Source: an uncultured bacterium (lineage in GTDB: Bacteria; Acidobacteriota; HRBIN11; JAKEFK01). From it: a stretch of 64,000 nucleotides of DNA. The DNA lies in assembly GCA_963777505.1 (NCBI GenBank), contig CAVZQN010000004.1, positions 704,001 through 768,000 of the forward strand. Direction: 5' to 3'. The notes beneath the pieces are model-generated. The model was not told the DNA's origin. It saw only the letters and a list, made by a program, of their open reading frames with translations, and made no database searches. Shown here in pieces: positions 20,001 to 28,325 of the stretch. Every line of letters starts with the position of its first letter. Position 1 is the stretch's first letter. The translations under genes and the position numbers were made by a program.

Positions 20001-20349
20001 AAATCGGATTCAGCGGATCAGTGACATTCAGAAACGAAACGCCATTTGCGCAACCCATTAAGGCATATTCTTTTTCGTCCAATGGATCGACCCATCCTTC
20101 GACAACATTGCCATTGCCTGTACATCCCATACTTGCAATCGGCACAAATGAAAGTAAATCAATTTTGTTACAGGGATACGGTCCTGCCATCCCGGATACG
20201 CAAGGCGTGAAAGTCATCAAACTTCCCGGATTAACGTTCCGGTTGGTCTGATCTGGAATCTTTGCATCGATACTAATTGCAAAAAGGTTTGTTTGAAATA
20301 GCGGAATTAGAAGGAGTGCCAGGAAAATTCGCACCACTGTACAGTTCAT
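17008..20349 (-). CDS. Choice-of-anchor B family secreted protein (LVIVD-like propeller, Ig/FN3, He_PIG-like Ig, C-terminal beta domain)
   Basis: Signal peptide; 'C..GMAG.YPC', 'SLWRD', 'HGIQVFDL', 'Y.HQ.WLTEDH..L...DE.DE', 'IDHN', 'SNY.AGLR' and 'G.W.NYPFLPSG'; 'GGTAPYSF....G.LP.GL.L' Ig repeat. Confidence 0.85.
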   Translation of the reverse strand: MNCTVVRIFLALLLIPLFQTNLFAISIDAKIPDQTNRNVNPGSLMTFTPCVSGMAGPYPCNKIDLLSFVPIASMGCTGNGNVVEGWVDPLDEKEYALMGCANGVSFLNVTDPLNPIYLGRLPTQTTNSLWRDVRVYNNRAYVGCDVSCSNHGIQVFDLTRLRGVTTPQTFTNDAHYNGLSLSHTIFINQDTGFLYAVGSSSGGNPCPSGLHMINVQNLVPTFAGCFGSPTYTHEVTCVTYDGPDNTYDGKEVCFAANGPTQQIVISDVTNKSAPVQLSATGYPGASYPHQVWLTEDHTYLLLNDELDEGQFDTNTTTYVWNISDLNAPFLIDNYVHQTDAIDHNLYIKDNFAYESNYEAGLRIMDLTNVSTGQLSEVAFFDVWPYAENPDSPEFEGSWDNYPFLPSGVVLVSGIFNPPNPNPANVAGLFILQPTLAPDFLVGAEDPIVNACGTGSGETTIDVTPRFGYTGNVTLSALNLPSGATAGFLPNPVSVPGNSLLTVNLSGTPPGNYPFDVQGTDGTITHTSPLTLNVASSVLSAPTLLHPPNNSIDETFVVHYEWNPVAGASSYDLEVATDSNFNNVIYSVTEASDHHTGILTLDPVTQYWWRTRTNNACGASAWSAVFTFTTAAPANILLVDDDNNAPNVLSYYQDAVSFAGQTFDVWDTSTQEVTNSPQHADEPDAATMSNYQMVVWFSGDSSGGSANPKAGPSESAETSLSQYLNAGGCFFLSSEEYFSDRGGVVSPFMSGVLGVQSMNNNVNMTNVTANGIFNGVGSLTLQYPAGLSNLSDRVVPNTSIGAQVAFSGNQGNAAISRDSGTYRTVFLGFPFEAIPTQAKRREVLQKAIDYCLSTSCPTINLSPSSLPSGTQGTAYNQTITASGGTAPYSFAITSGALPTGLTLSSAGVLSGTPGSSGTSNFSVTATDSNDCTGTRSYSITINSSTCLFCDDFEDGIPPTDWTLKQTWSEDGDNLVGVPTGKKAVAIASPAFDGCINCTVQTTMRSAGGTGNKLWFLAWYFNKGNKLELQMNQEKGRWILKQRANNRVVAKQKAILPINANQFYDVQITFTGTQFEVRIDGVLVITMNSGASVQTGTVGYQVRDTTGSFGNIAVN

Positions 20350-20453
20350 TGAGTCTCCCTAAATACGAATGATGAGTGTTGTTTACAGTGAATGGTCGCA
20401 GTGACTGTACTTTGATACTACGATCTGATCGACCTGTCAATTAATGTAAGTTC

Positions 20454-20478
20454 GGAGGGGCGGGTCTTAGACCCGCCC
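20454..20478. repeat. REP-like palindrome
   Basis: GGAGGGGCGGGTCTTAGACCCGCCC, same family as 16976-17000. Confidence 0.7.
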
Positions 20479-20489
20479 GCATTATATTT

Positions 20490-21734
20490 TCACAGATAAT
20501 TCAACAACGGAAACTGTCCACCGACTGCTTGCGCAGGATCGGCATCTAAAAACTTTGCTATCGCCGTTGCATAGACAGATCGAAAATCGGTATGTACATC
20601 AAGATTGCCATCAAAAACAAGGCTGGCATCATCTAATCTTGGATAACTTCCATAGACTCCTGGTTTTACTGAGTTACCCACCGCGAATGCGAGTGATGCA
20701 TAACCGTGATCCGTTCCTGCATCGTTATTTGCATACACACGTCTCCCGAATTCTGAAATTGTCAGGATGAGAACTTTATCCGCGAGACCGTGTGCATCCA
20801 GATCCTGGTAGAAAGCTGAGATAGATCCACTGAGATCTGCCATTAAGTTATCGTGCGGACCAAGTTGGCCAAAGTGTGTATCAAAATCTCCAAAGCCAAG
20901 TCCAATCGCACGCACGCCAAGATCAGCCCAAATCATTTGTGCACTTTGCAGCAATTGATAACCGAGATAACTGTCCACAGGATATTGCGCCATAGGCTGG
21001 TATCCGCTAATTTTGCTTTGAATCACTGCCGATTGTTCTAAGGATTCAACTCTCATTTTGCGGTTGGTTTCTGCAACTATGCTTCCGTTGTATGGCGATT
21101 TCATTATGTTTTTGTAGCCGGCTTTCCTGGCATTTTCATCAAAGCTGTATTTCAATTGAAATTCATCGAGAGTGGAAATACTAACCGGTGTTTTCTTATT
21201 ACCGGTTAGAATTAATTTGCCGCCGCCGAGATCGACTCCTGGGGATATTTGTTGTTCTGGGACTTGATCCAAGAATCGGCCGAGCCAACCGGTTGGCTTT
21301 TTTGAAGTGTCATAAAGAATGTCGCAGGATTGAAATTCATATTGTCCTGCTGCGTGATCGAAAAGACCGCGCGCATTTTTTGGAACTCCAACGCCATTAA
21401 TCACCGCAACCTTATTTTGTGTATAGAGATCATGGAGCTGACTTAATCGAGGATGAAAGCCAAGATCTGTTGCATTGGGTAACGCAAGAACAGATGCGCG
21501 ATCCACCGCAAGCGATGGCCGCAGAGACCGGTAACGGTCATATTGATCTAACGGAATCACTGTATTCAGACCGTCATTTCCGCCGAAAAGATTGATGACC
21601 ACAATTACGTTTTTGGTAGCATCTGGTGCAGCAACCTTCGCATGCACTACTGGATCAATCCACGAGTTTGTCAATCCAATGCCAACCGCTGCAGCGGCTG
21701 AACCTTTTAAAAATTCGCGTCTATTGATTGTCAT
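20490..21734 (-). CDS. DUF1501 family Tat-exported protein
   Basis: NRREFLK Tat motif, GGNDGLNTVIP, GWLGR, FDTH, SEFGRR and GTDHG; GGAGGA RBS before ATG 21734. Confidence 0.92.
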   Translation of the reverse strand: MTINRREFLKGSAAAAVGIGLTNSWIDPVVHAKVAAPDATKNVIVVINLFGGNDGLNTVIPLDQYDRYRSLRPSLAVDRASVLALPNATDLGFHPRLSQLHDLYTQNKVAVINGVGVPKNARGLFDHAAGQYEFQSCDILYDTSKKPTGWLGRFLDQVPEQQISPGVDLGGGKLILTGNKKTPVSISTLDEFQLKYSFDENARKAGYKNIMKSPYNGSIVAETNRKMRVESLEQSAVIQSKISGYQPMAQYPVDSYLGYQLLQSAQMIWADLGVRAIGLGFGDFDTHFGQLGPHDNLMADLSGSISAFYQDLDAHGLADKVLILTISEFGRRVYANNDAGTDHGYASLAFAVGNSVKPGVYGSYPRLDDASLVFDGNLDVHTDFRSVYATAIAKFLDADPAQAVGGQFPLLNYL

Positions 21735-21744
21735 AATTCCTCCG

Positions 21745-23379
21745 TTAGTTCCGCTGATAATCAGGAGAGCAGAGCACGAGCCAAATAGCTCCGCGCACTT
21801 TCTCATCGTTAACCTGCCCTTTCAAATACGAAATTACTTTCGATCTCAAAGCAGGATCGGGTGGGGCTGTGAGCAACGCATCAATAATGAAATCCGTTGC
21901 CTCACCCGGTGTTAGCGTTCTACTTGGAAGAAAAGTATCAACATCAAAAGCTGTATCACCTGCGTTTGCAACAATGTCATCCGCTACACGATCACGAATA
22001 GTAACAAGCGCAGTATTGATCAGCTGTCCTTTATTGCCAGGCGGATAAAAACTGAATACGCTCGGAGGGTAGTAAATGAGTTGTTCTGCTGCGTAACTCC
22101 AATAAATCAAATTGTCGCCCTGGGTTCTGGCTCCTAATGAACGTAACGCACCGACAAAATGTTCAATCGGCTCTTTATACTGTGTACGAACGACAGCAGG
22201 ACTGTAAAACTCACTGTCCATCAAAATTGCACGAACGGTCGATCGTATATTTCCACCTGTTTGTTGAAACACGCGAGCAACTCTTTCGACATATGCAGGT
22301 GATGGAGTTTCAGTCGCCAGTTTCTGAATCAAAATTTTACTGATAAACGGCGGCATCGATGGCTGCCTCATCACAATATCAACTACATCATTGATTTCTG
22401 AAGCTCCATTGGGACCACTTCTGCCATTTATATTTACACCTAAAATCGTTTTCTTTCCGGAATCATGAAGGTCTGCGGCGAATTGCGATTTCCGTCCGGC
22501 ACGATAATTCACATACCAGCCTGTTAATGCGCGTGAAACTTCTTTTACGTCTTTTTCGGTATATGTAGGATGCGGCAGCCCTTTGCTGTCTTTTTGAACG
22601 GTACCATCCATGTTGAGGCGGTCTATGCCAAGTGCAAACAATTGCAGAAATTCGCGGGCATAATTTTCGTTGGGTGGAATCTTTTTGCCATTATCATCAT
22701 AGGCATTTCCGTTATTGAAATTATTATCAAGAAAAACAAGCATCGCTTGATCTTTTGTAATTTCAATTAATAAATCGCGAAAATTGCCAAGTGAATTTTT
22801 TCGTAGCGTTTCTTCATATTGATGCATGAAGCCGCCTACGCCTACTTTAAATTCCGAAGCGGCGAAATGTTCATGCCAGATCAAAGTCATTTTTTCCTGT
22901 AATTGTCTCCGGCTATAAACCATTCGCGTATGCCATCGTTTAATCCACTCATAATCGGAATAAAAATCACGCGGCGGTGAAGGAAGTTTACTGTTTGCCG
23001 CTGAATCATCGATCTTGCTTGGATTTAATTGCAGCTCAATATACGCAGGAATTCCCATAGAGAGAACTGCGTTTAACTCTTGCGGATTGGGTCCGAATCC
23101 GAGGCGTCTTAAAACATGTCCGGCAAGTAATTTATCTTCAGCATAGTTTTGAGCATTGAGTTGTTGCACACTCAATTGAATGCCTGAGTTACCACTTGGG
23201 ACTTGAATAAAACCCGGTGGACGGCGTGTCAATAGATTGCGTGCTTGCATCCATTCACGGGCTTTGATTTGCGTTTTTGTTTCCGCATTTAGAAAGTCTT
23301 GTTGCAGGAAGAACAATGCAACGAATATGAAAATGCGGCAGAGAAATACCCGGAGTTTTGAGGCTGGGCTCTGAGTCAT
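21745..23379 (-). CDS. DUF1800 family protein
   Basis: H.LRRLGFG, QLQEKMTL.WH.HF, ML.FLDN, NENYARE.LQLF.LG, RALTGW; directly upstream of DUF1501. Confidence 0.92.
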   Translation of the reverse strand: MTQSPASKLRVFLCRIFIFVALFFLQQDFLNAETKTQIKAREWMQARNLLTRRPPGFIQVPSGNSGIQLSVQQLNAQNYAEDKLLAGHVLRRLGFGPNPQELNAVLSMGIPAYIELQLNPSKIDDSAANSKLPSPPRDFYSDYEWIKRWHTRMVYSRRQLQEKMTLIWHEHFAASEFKVGVGGFMHQYEETLRKNSLGNFRDLLIEITKDQAMLVFLDNNFNNGNAYDDNGKKIPPNENYAREFLQLFALGIDRLNMDGTVQKDSKGLPHPTYTEKDVKEVSRALTGWYVNYRAGRKSQFAADLHDSGKKTILGVNINGRSGPNGASEINDVVDIVMRQPSMPPFISKILIQKLATETPSPAYVERVARVFQQTGGNIRSTVRAILMDSEFYSPAVVRTQYKEPIEHFVGALRSLGARTQGDNLIYWSYAAEQLIYYPPSVFSFYPPGNKGQLINTALVTIRDRVADDIVANAGDTAFDVDTFLPSRTLTPGEATDFIIDALLTAPPDPALRSKVISYLKGQVNDEKVRGAIWLVLCSPDYQRN

Positions 23380-23627
23380 GCCTGCTCCTTCTTGAAAAAT
23401 GGTTATAGAGGGGCTCGCTTGTATTTAAGAATCGTATATGAAGTGTGAACTGTCAAATAATTTTATGAACCCGAATTTCATCATATGATACGAAACCCGA
23501 AATATGGATGTCTCCGGAATGAGATAAAAATCAAATGCTTGTCACAGAAATGATTCACAGCAAATGATTTTGTCGTCAGAGAGAAAGAAAAAAATTTGGC
23601 TTATGCTTTGCACCAACAAATCTCGAA

Positions 23628-24842
23628 ATGCGAATTTCGTCTGAGGGGTCGATTTCTGTTTCAGCAATGGCTTTTCCCTGTGAGGTGCAACCGGAGGGAC
23701 GGCCACGCATCTTGTATTATTCCCCATCATCGGGTTGGGGCCCGGTGAATCGGCAAACGATGCTGGCTCATGCTATTTGTCATGAACTCCCCGGGGCTGC
23801 GGTTCTATGGATTGGAGAGATATGCCAGGGATCGATGTCTACTCTTCCGCCAGGCGTCGAGTACCTGGCTTTACCGAAATTTGCCAGCTCCGGTGAGCTT
23901 CGCCGATTTCCGCTGCCGGAGCTGGCGGATCTCAGACGCAAAATCTTATTTAGTTCGGTTCAAACATTTAACCCGCACATTCTACTTGTAGAACAAAATT
24001 CCAATCTGGAATCAGGTGAGCTGGATCAAACTTTAGAGTGGTGCATGAAGAATGAACGCCGCATCATTCTGATCTTAAAAGATACAATTCCCGATCCAGG
24101 CTCACGTCAGTATTTGGAACATGTAATCAGAAATACATATGACTTTGCCTGGGTGTTGGGTGATGGAGCAATTCTCAATTGGGTGCGCGAATATGGTCTT
24201 TCGTTAGATCTGATTCAAAAACTTCGATACGTTGGATATTTAGATCATCGTGTACGATCACAATGGTTTGAACAAGAAGGAAGTCACGGTCTGGATGTTT
24301 TGGGATTACCGCCCGGACATCTGGTTGTATGTCTTGCTGGAGAAGGGAAGGCAGGTGAAACATTGGCGGAAGCATTTTCGCAAGTTCATCTGCCTCCAAA
24401 AACAAATGGAATCATAATTTGTGGAACTCGATTTAATGTTTCACTCAGACAAAAACTTCAACGTCGTCTCGCAGGATATCCACGTTTGCGTCTCATTGAA
24501 GTCAGTCATGATTACGCATGGATTCTTTCAGCAGCACAAAAGATTGTAGCGTTGGGATCTTATGATAGGGTTTCCGAGATCTTATCTTTTGAAAAAAAAG
24601 GATTCATTATTTTAAACAATCCAACCGCTTCAGATACTGCTCGCGCTAAAATTTTTCAAAAATTGAATCTTTTAGAATTTTTATCTACAGACTGCATCAG
24701 TCCTGCCCCTTTAACCAGCTGGCTTGCTAAGGAGGTTTCCCAAAATTCGAATGTAAAACATGCAGTCAGTTTGAATGCTCTGAAACTTCTTCCAGGTTTG
24801 CTGAAAGAAGCGCTAACAACCGCAAAACCCTCCATCGCATAA
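23628..24842 (+). CDS. GT-B glycosyltransferase-like protein (COG4671 type), degenerate motifs; start may be 23667
   Basis: RIL.YS...G.G...R, 'LP.GV.Y..LP', 'F.P...LV', 'YVGYL' and 'G.Y....EILS' layout. Confidence 0.65.
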   Translation: MRISSEGSISVSAMAFPCEVQPEGRPRILYYSPSSGWGPVNRQTMLAHAICHELPGAAVLWIGEICQGSMSTLPPGVEYLALPKFASSGELRRFPLPELADLRRKILFSSVQTFNPHILLVEQNSNLESGELDQTLEWCMKNERRIILILKDTIPDPGSRQYLEHVIRNTYDFAWVLGDGAILNWVREYGLSLDLIQKLRYVGYLDHRVRSQWFEQEGSHGLDVLGLPPGHLVVCLAGEGKAGETLAEAFSQVHLPPKTNGIIICGTRFNVSLRQKLQRRLAGYPRLRLIEVSHDYAWILSAAQKIVALGSYDRVSEILSFEKKGFIILNNPTASDTARAKIFQKLNLLEFLSTDCISPAPLTSWLAKEVSQNSNVKHAVSLNALKLLPGLLKEALTTAKPSIA

Positions 24843-24883
24843 TGATTGTCAAACAATCGGATTTATTACAAGCTGTAGTACTA

Positions 24884-24912
24884 TTGACAACTCTATGTAC
24901 CAGTAATATGAT
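24884..24912 (+). promoter_or_regulatory. Sigma70-type promoter
   Basis: TTGACA-N17-TATGAT ending 9 bp before ATG 24922. Confidence 0.6.
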
Positions 24913-24921
24913 TTCAATGGT

Positions 24922-25989
24922 ATGGAGATGATCGAGCCAGAGGTGGCTCAGGGGAGCAATCCCGAGGGCCCTAAAAAGAACATTTTCGAGCGATTTTCAT
25001 TCATCTTTAATACAGGCTTTTCCGAAATAAAGCGGAAAGGATCTGTTACCCGCCTCAACTACGAAATTAAAGGACTTGAAAGGGAAAAAGAAAAATTTAT
25101 TCAGGTGCTTGGAACACGGGCATGGGAAGCGCATGTAGAACATCCTGATTTCGCGGGAATAGTAGTCAATTTGAAAGAACTTCAAATTGAAATTAACCGT
25201 TTGGAAACCCAGTTCGGTGAGCACGATACGCAGATTGAAGATATAGAAACTGCTAAAGCTGACCTTACAGAGAAGTTCAACCAAAATTTGGATCAGATTG
25301 ATCAGCAGATTGTGCCACACCGGCAAAAAATCGAGACAATCAATGCAGAAAAAGAAGACAACAAGATCCAAATTGAAGAGCTTCGATCAAAACAGGATTA
25401 TCTTTCTCAACAAGTGCGAGTCCACCAAAAGAACATACAGGAATTGGATTTGGGGACTGATGTTGAAAAGACATCGAAGATTGACCTGGAAAAGGGAGCC
25501 ATTCGTAATATTTTCCTGGAGAAATCCGAGATAGAATGCAAAATTCCTTTTTTAATGTCCAGAATTGAAAAGTTGAAAATCTCACTGGGTCAAGAAACCG
25601 CTGAGATTTCACGCCTTGAGGGGGAAAAGGATACCGCCAAAAGAGATTTTGAACACCGTATGAAGGATTACAACAATCAGATCCATTTACTAGAAGATCG
25701 TAAGAAACAGATTGTGAAACAAAAAGAGCAACTTAAAAAGGAAATGGATCCATATTTGTACGATCTTGGCAGAAAAGTGGATCAGCTTCGCTTAAATGAA
25801 GAGAGTTTTGATACGGTGTTATCAGAGATGGATGAGTTGAATACTTCTGTCGAGTTGCGGCGAAAACAAATCATCGAAGCTGAATCATTATCACGTGCGA
25901 TGGATCGCAATGCCTGGATGAATTTTCTAGTGTTCTCAGGCAGTTTTGTAGCGATCATCATCAGTCTGATTTTCGTCTTACTTCGCTAG
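24922..25989 (+). CDS. Long coiled-coil protein with C-terminal transmembrane anchor
   Basis: E/K/Q-rich heptad pattern over about 300 aa; single hydrophobic helix at the C-terminus. Confidence 0.75.
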   Translation: MEMIEPEVAQGSNPEGPKKNIFERFSFIFNTGFSEIKRKGSVTRLNYEIKGLEREKEKFIQVLGTRAWEAHVEHPDFAGIVVNLKELQIEINRLETQFGEHDTQIEDIETAKADLTEKFNQNLDQIDQQIVPHRQKIETINAEKEDNKIQIEELRSKQDYLSQQVRVHQKNIQELDLGTDVEKTSKIDLEKGAIRNIFLEKSEIECKIPFLMSRIEKLKISLGQETAEISRLEGEKDTAKRDFEHRMKDYNNQIHLLEDRKKQIVKQKEQLKKEMDPYLYDLGRKVDQLRLNEESFDTVLSEMDELNTSVELRRKQIIEAESLSRAMDRNAWMNFLVFSGSFVAIIISLIFVLLR

Positions 25990-26870
25990 CTTTTGGTCTT
26001 TGTGGTTAGTCGAATCGACAAAGCCACTGGTGGCCTCACTTTAAATTTAGCTGCAAAATCACCTTGATTAATTGCAAGCCCTATCCTTCCGCGAGAATCA
26101 ACATAAAGAAGTGTACCGCCAGTTGGAACATCACTGAATGTTTTTACAAAAGGAACGTCGAGTACTTGTTCGCCAATCGAGACTGAAACGACTTCGTGAT
26201 CTTTAACCCCAAGCTGACGGAACATCTCGCCTGGAACATTGCTAATCAAGTTTCCAAAGGGACCATCGAGACCAATTATTTCACCTTCAATCTTGTTGCC
26301 AACAACTCGTGGGACTTGGAGTCTCAGTCGAACAAGATCTGTAACTGCCGGCCCGGCTTCACCCCAATTTTTTCCAGATGCAAGATAGGCTGCGGCAGGC
26401 GCAAAAATGTCGCGGCCATGAAATGTGGAAGAAAATGAATCCCCCAATGTCCACTCTCTATTTCTGATTTCATGGGCCTCTTCGACACCTTCCTGATCTT
26501 GAACCAGAGTGATTAATCCGTTGTCCGGTAAAACAAAGAAGTGACCTTTTTTGGATTTTACGATCACTGGCTTTCGGGTGCTGCCTACGCCGGGATCAAC
26601 AACTGCCAAAAATACGGTACCGGGAGCATAATAGGTGGCAGTTCCTGCCAGAAATCGCGCAGCATCCTGAATTGAATAGGGGTTCACCTGATGCGTTAAA
26701 TCGATGATCAAAGCTTCAGGCAAAATCTTGTAGATAACTCCTTTACAAATGGCGACAGAATCATCCGATGTTCCGAAATCTGACATAAATACAATCGTTG
26801 GACGCGCAGCAAAAGCGGGATTTGCGATTGCGGAAGTAAACAAAAGCAGAACGAATATTCGTTTTAACAT
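25986..26870 (-). CDS. SAM hydroxide adenosyltransferase / chlorinase-fluorinase (DUF62) family protein with signal peptide
   Basis: SDFG, DLTH, VVDPGVG, PDNG, STFHGRDIFAP and D.PFGN motifs; N-terminal signal ending AFA. Confidence 0.9.
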   Translation of the reverse strand: MLKRIFVLLLFTSAIANPAFAARPTIVFMSDFGTSDDSVAICKGVIYKILPEALIIDLTHQVNPYSIQDAARFLAGTATYYAPGTVFLAVVDPGVGSTRKPVIVKSKKGHFFVLPDNGLITLVQDQEGVEEAHEIRNREWTLGDSFSSTFHGRDIFAPAAAYLASGKNWGEAGPAVTDLVRLRLQVPRVVGNKIEGEIIGLDGPFGNLISNVPGEMFRQLGVKDHEVVSVSIGEQVLDVPFVKTFSDVPTGGTLLYVDSRGRIGLAINQGDFAAKFKVRPPVALSIRLTTKTKS

Positions 26871-26970
26871 TTTTTCAATAGTGCCAAAGAATAATATCAT
26901 GGCATGAAGCGCACTTTATTCTTGACGAAATGTTTTGGTGGGTCAAACCCACATACAATCGGAGGTAAAT

Positions 26971-28215
26971 ATGCGTGTATTCTTAAACTTCGTTACCGCC
27001 GCCCTATTATTCCTGTTTTCGCAGGGAGTCCAAATGGGTTTTGCCCAACCCGTTTCGTGCCCGATACCGTCACATTTGGGAAACTGGTCTCTTAGGCAGC
27101 CGATTCCACTGATGAATTCTGAGTTCGGAGCTGCATCATTGAATGGCCTCATCTATGCTGCGGGTGGATACAATATGGAGAATCATGCAAAGCTTCTAAT
27201 TTATGACCCGAAAAAAAATACCTGGACCGAAGGCCCTGACCTTCCGCATGGGACGCATCATTCAGCGGTAATTGGATTGAATCAGAAATTGTATGTTATG
27301 GGTGGAAGCATTGCTCCTGAGGCTGTACAGATCTACGATCCTGTGGCCCGGACGTGGAGCTCCGGAAGGCCGATTCCCACTCCTAGAGCGGCAATGGCGG
27401 GCGCAGTCATCGACGGTAAGATTCATTTGATCGGCGGAGCCAGAGATACTCAAACAGGGACTGCCGTGAACAATCATGAAGTCTACGATCCGCAAACGAA
27501 TTCATGGCAGAGCCGTGCGCCGCTGCCGAATCCTTCGGAACACGTAGCTGCCGGCGTGCTGAATGGACGCATTTACGTTGTTGGCGGTCGCCAACGTTTT
27601 ACCAACATGGCTTTAACCCAGGTCTACAATCCAACAACAAATACCTGGTCGAGTGCAGCTTCCTTGAATCAAGCACGAAGTGGATTGGGGCTCGTGACTT
27701 TTGAAAAAGCAATTTACGTTTTTGGCGGTGAGGATTTGCGTGGGCGAAAGGTTGTGGGTTCCACAGAACGATATGACGCGAATGCAAATCGATGGGATCT
27801 GATTAATCCAATGTTGAAAGCTGTTCACGGCAGCCCCGGAGTTGTTTCCGGACGCCATATCTATGTCTTTGGAGGGGGGCAGGGTGCCGGAAGCGGTATA
27901 GGAACCAATTTTGTGCAACGTCTCGACATATCAAACTCTCCGAAACAACCATTGAATCTGACAGCTCAAGCTGTTTCTTCAAGTTCTGTGCAATTAAGAT
28001 GGGTGGATTCATCTACGAACGAAGTTTCTTATCTCGTTCAGTCAAAAATCGGCACGAAACCTTTTCAAACGATTGCAACAATTACTGCAAATTCCAAACA
28101 GTATGTTGCCAGAGGATTGACGCCGGCGACCCTATACACTTTCCGGATTATCGCGCGAAATGGATGCGCCGATTCGACTCCTTCTGTGATCGCAACCGCA
28201 ACAACGCGGCAGTAA
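26971..28215 (+). CDS. Secreted Kelch-repeat beta-propeller protein with C-terminal FN3 domain
   Basis: GGAGGT RBS; six repeats of (I/L)Y..GG...YDP....W; FN3 'P.NLTA...W.D.S.NE...GL.P.T.Y.FR'. Confidence 0.9.
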   Translation: MRVFLNFVTAALLFLFSQGVQMGFAQPVSCPIPSHLGNWSLRQPIPLMNSEFGAASLNGLIYAAGGYNMENHAKLLIYDPKKNTWTEGPDLPHGTHHSAVIGLNQKLYVMGGSIAPEAVQIYDPVARTWSSGRPIPTPRAAMAGAVIDGKIHLIGGARDTQTGTAVNNHEVYDPQTNSWQSRAPLPNPSEHVAAGVLNGRIYVVGGRQRFTNMALTQVYNPTTNTWSSAASLNQARSGLGLVTFEKAIYVFGGEDLRGRKVVGSTERYDANANRWDLINPMLKAVHGSPGVVSGRHIYVFGGGQGAGSGIGTNFVQRLDISNSPKQPLNLTAQAVSSSSVQLRWVDSSTNEVSYLVQSKIGTKPFQTIATITANSKQYVARGLTPATLYTFRIIARNGCADSTPSVIATATTRQ

Positions 28216-28240
28216 GGGACCGCGGACGTCTCGCCTGCAT
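28212..28240. repeat. Short palindromic repeat (GGGACCGCGGACGTCTCGCCTGC family)
   Basis: Near-identical copies at 29638-29666 and 29667-29692. Confidence 0.7.
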
Positions 28241-28325
28241 TCTTTTGTTACTGCGATAACTTATCTGCAACCTTTTGTTTTTTTAACACTCTGTATCTAT
28301 GTAAGAAAAACAATTGGAGTAATTT

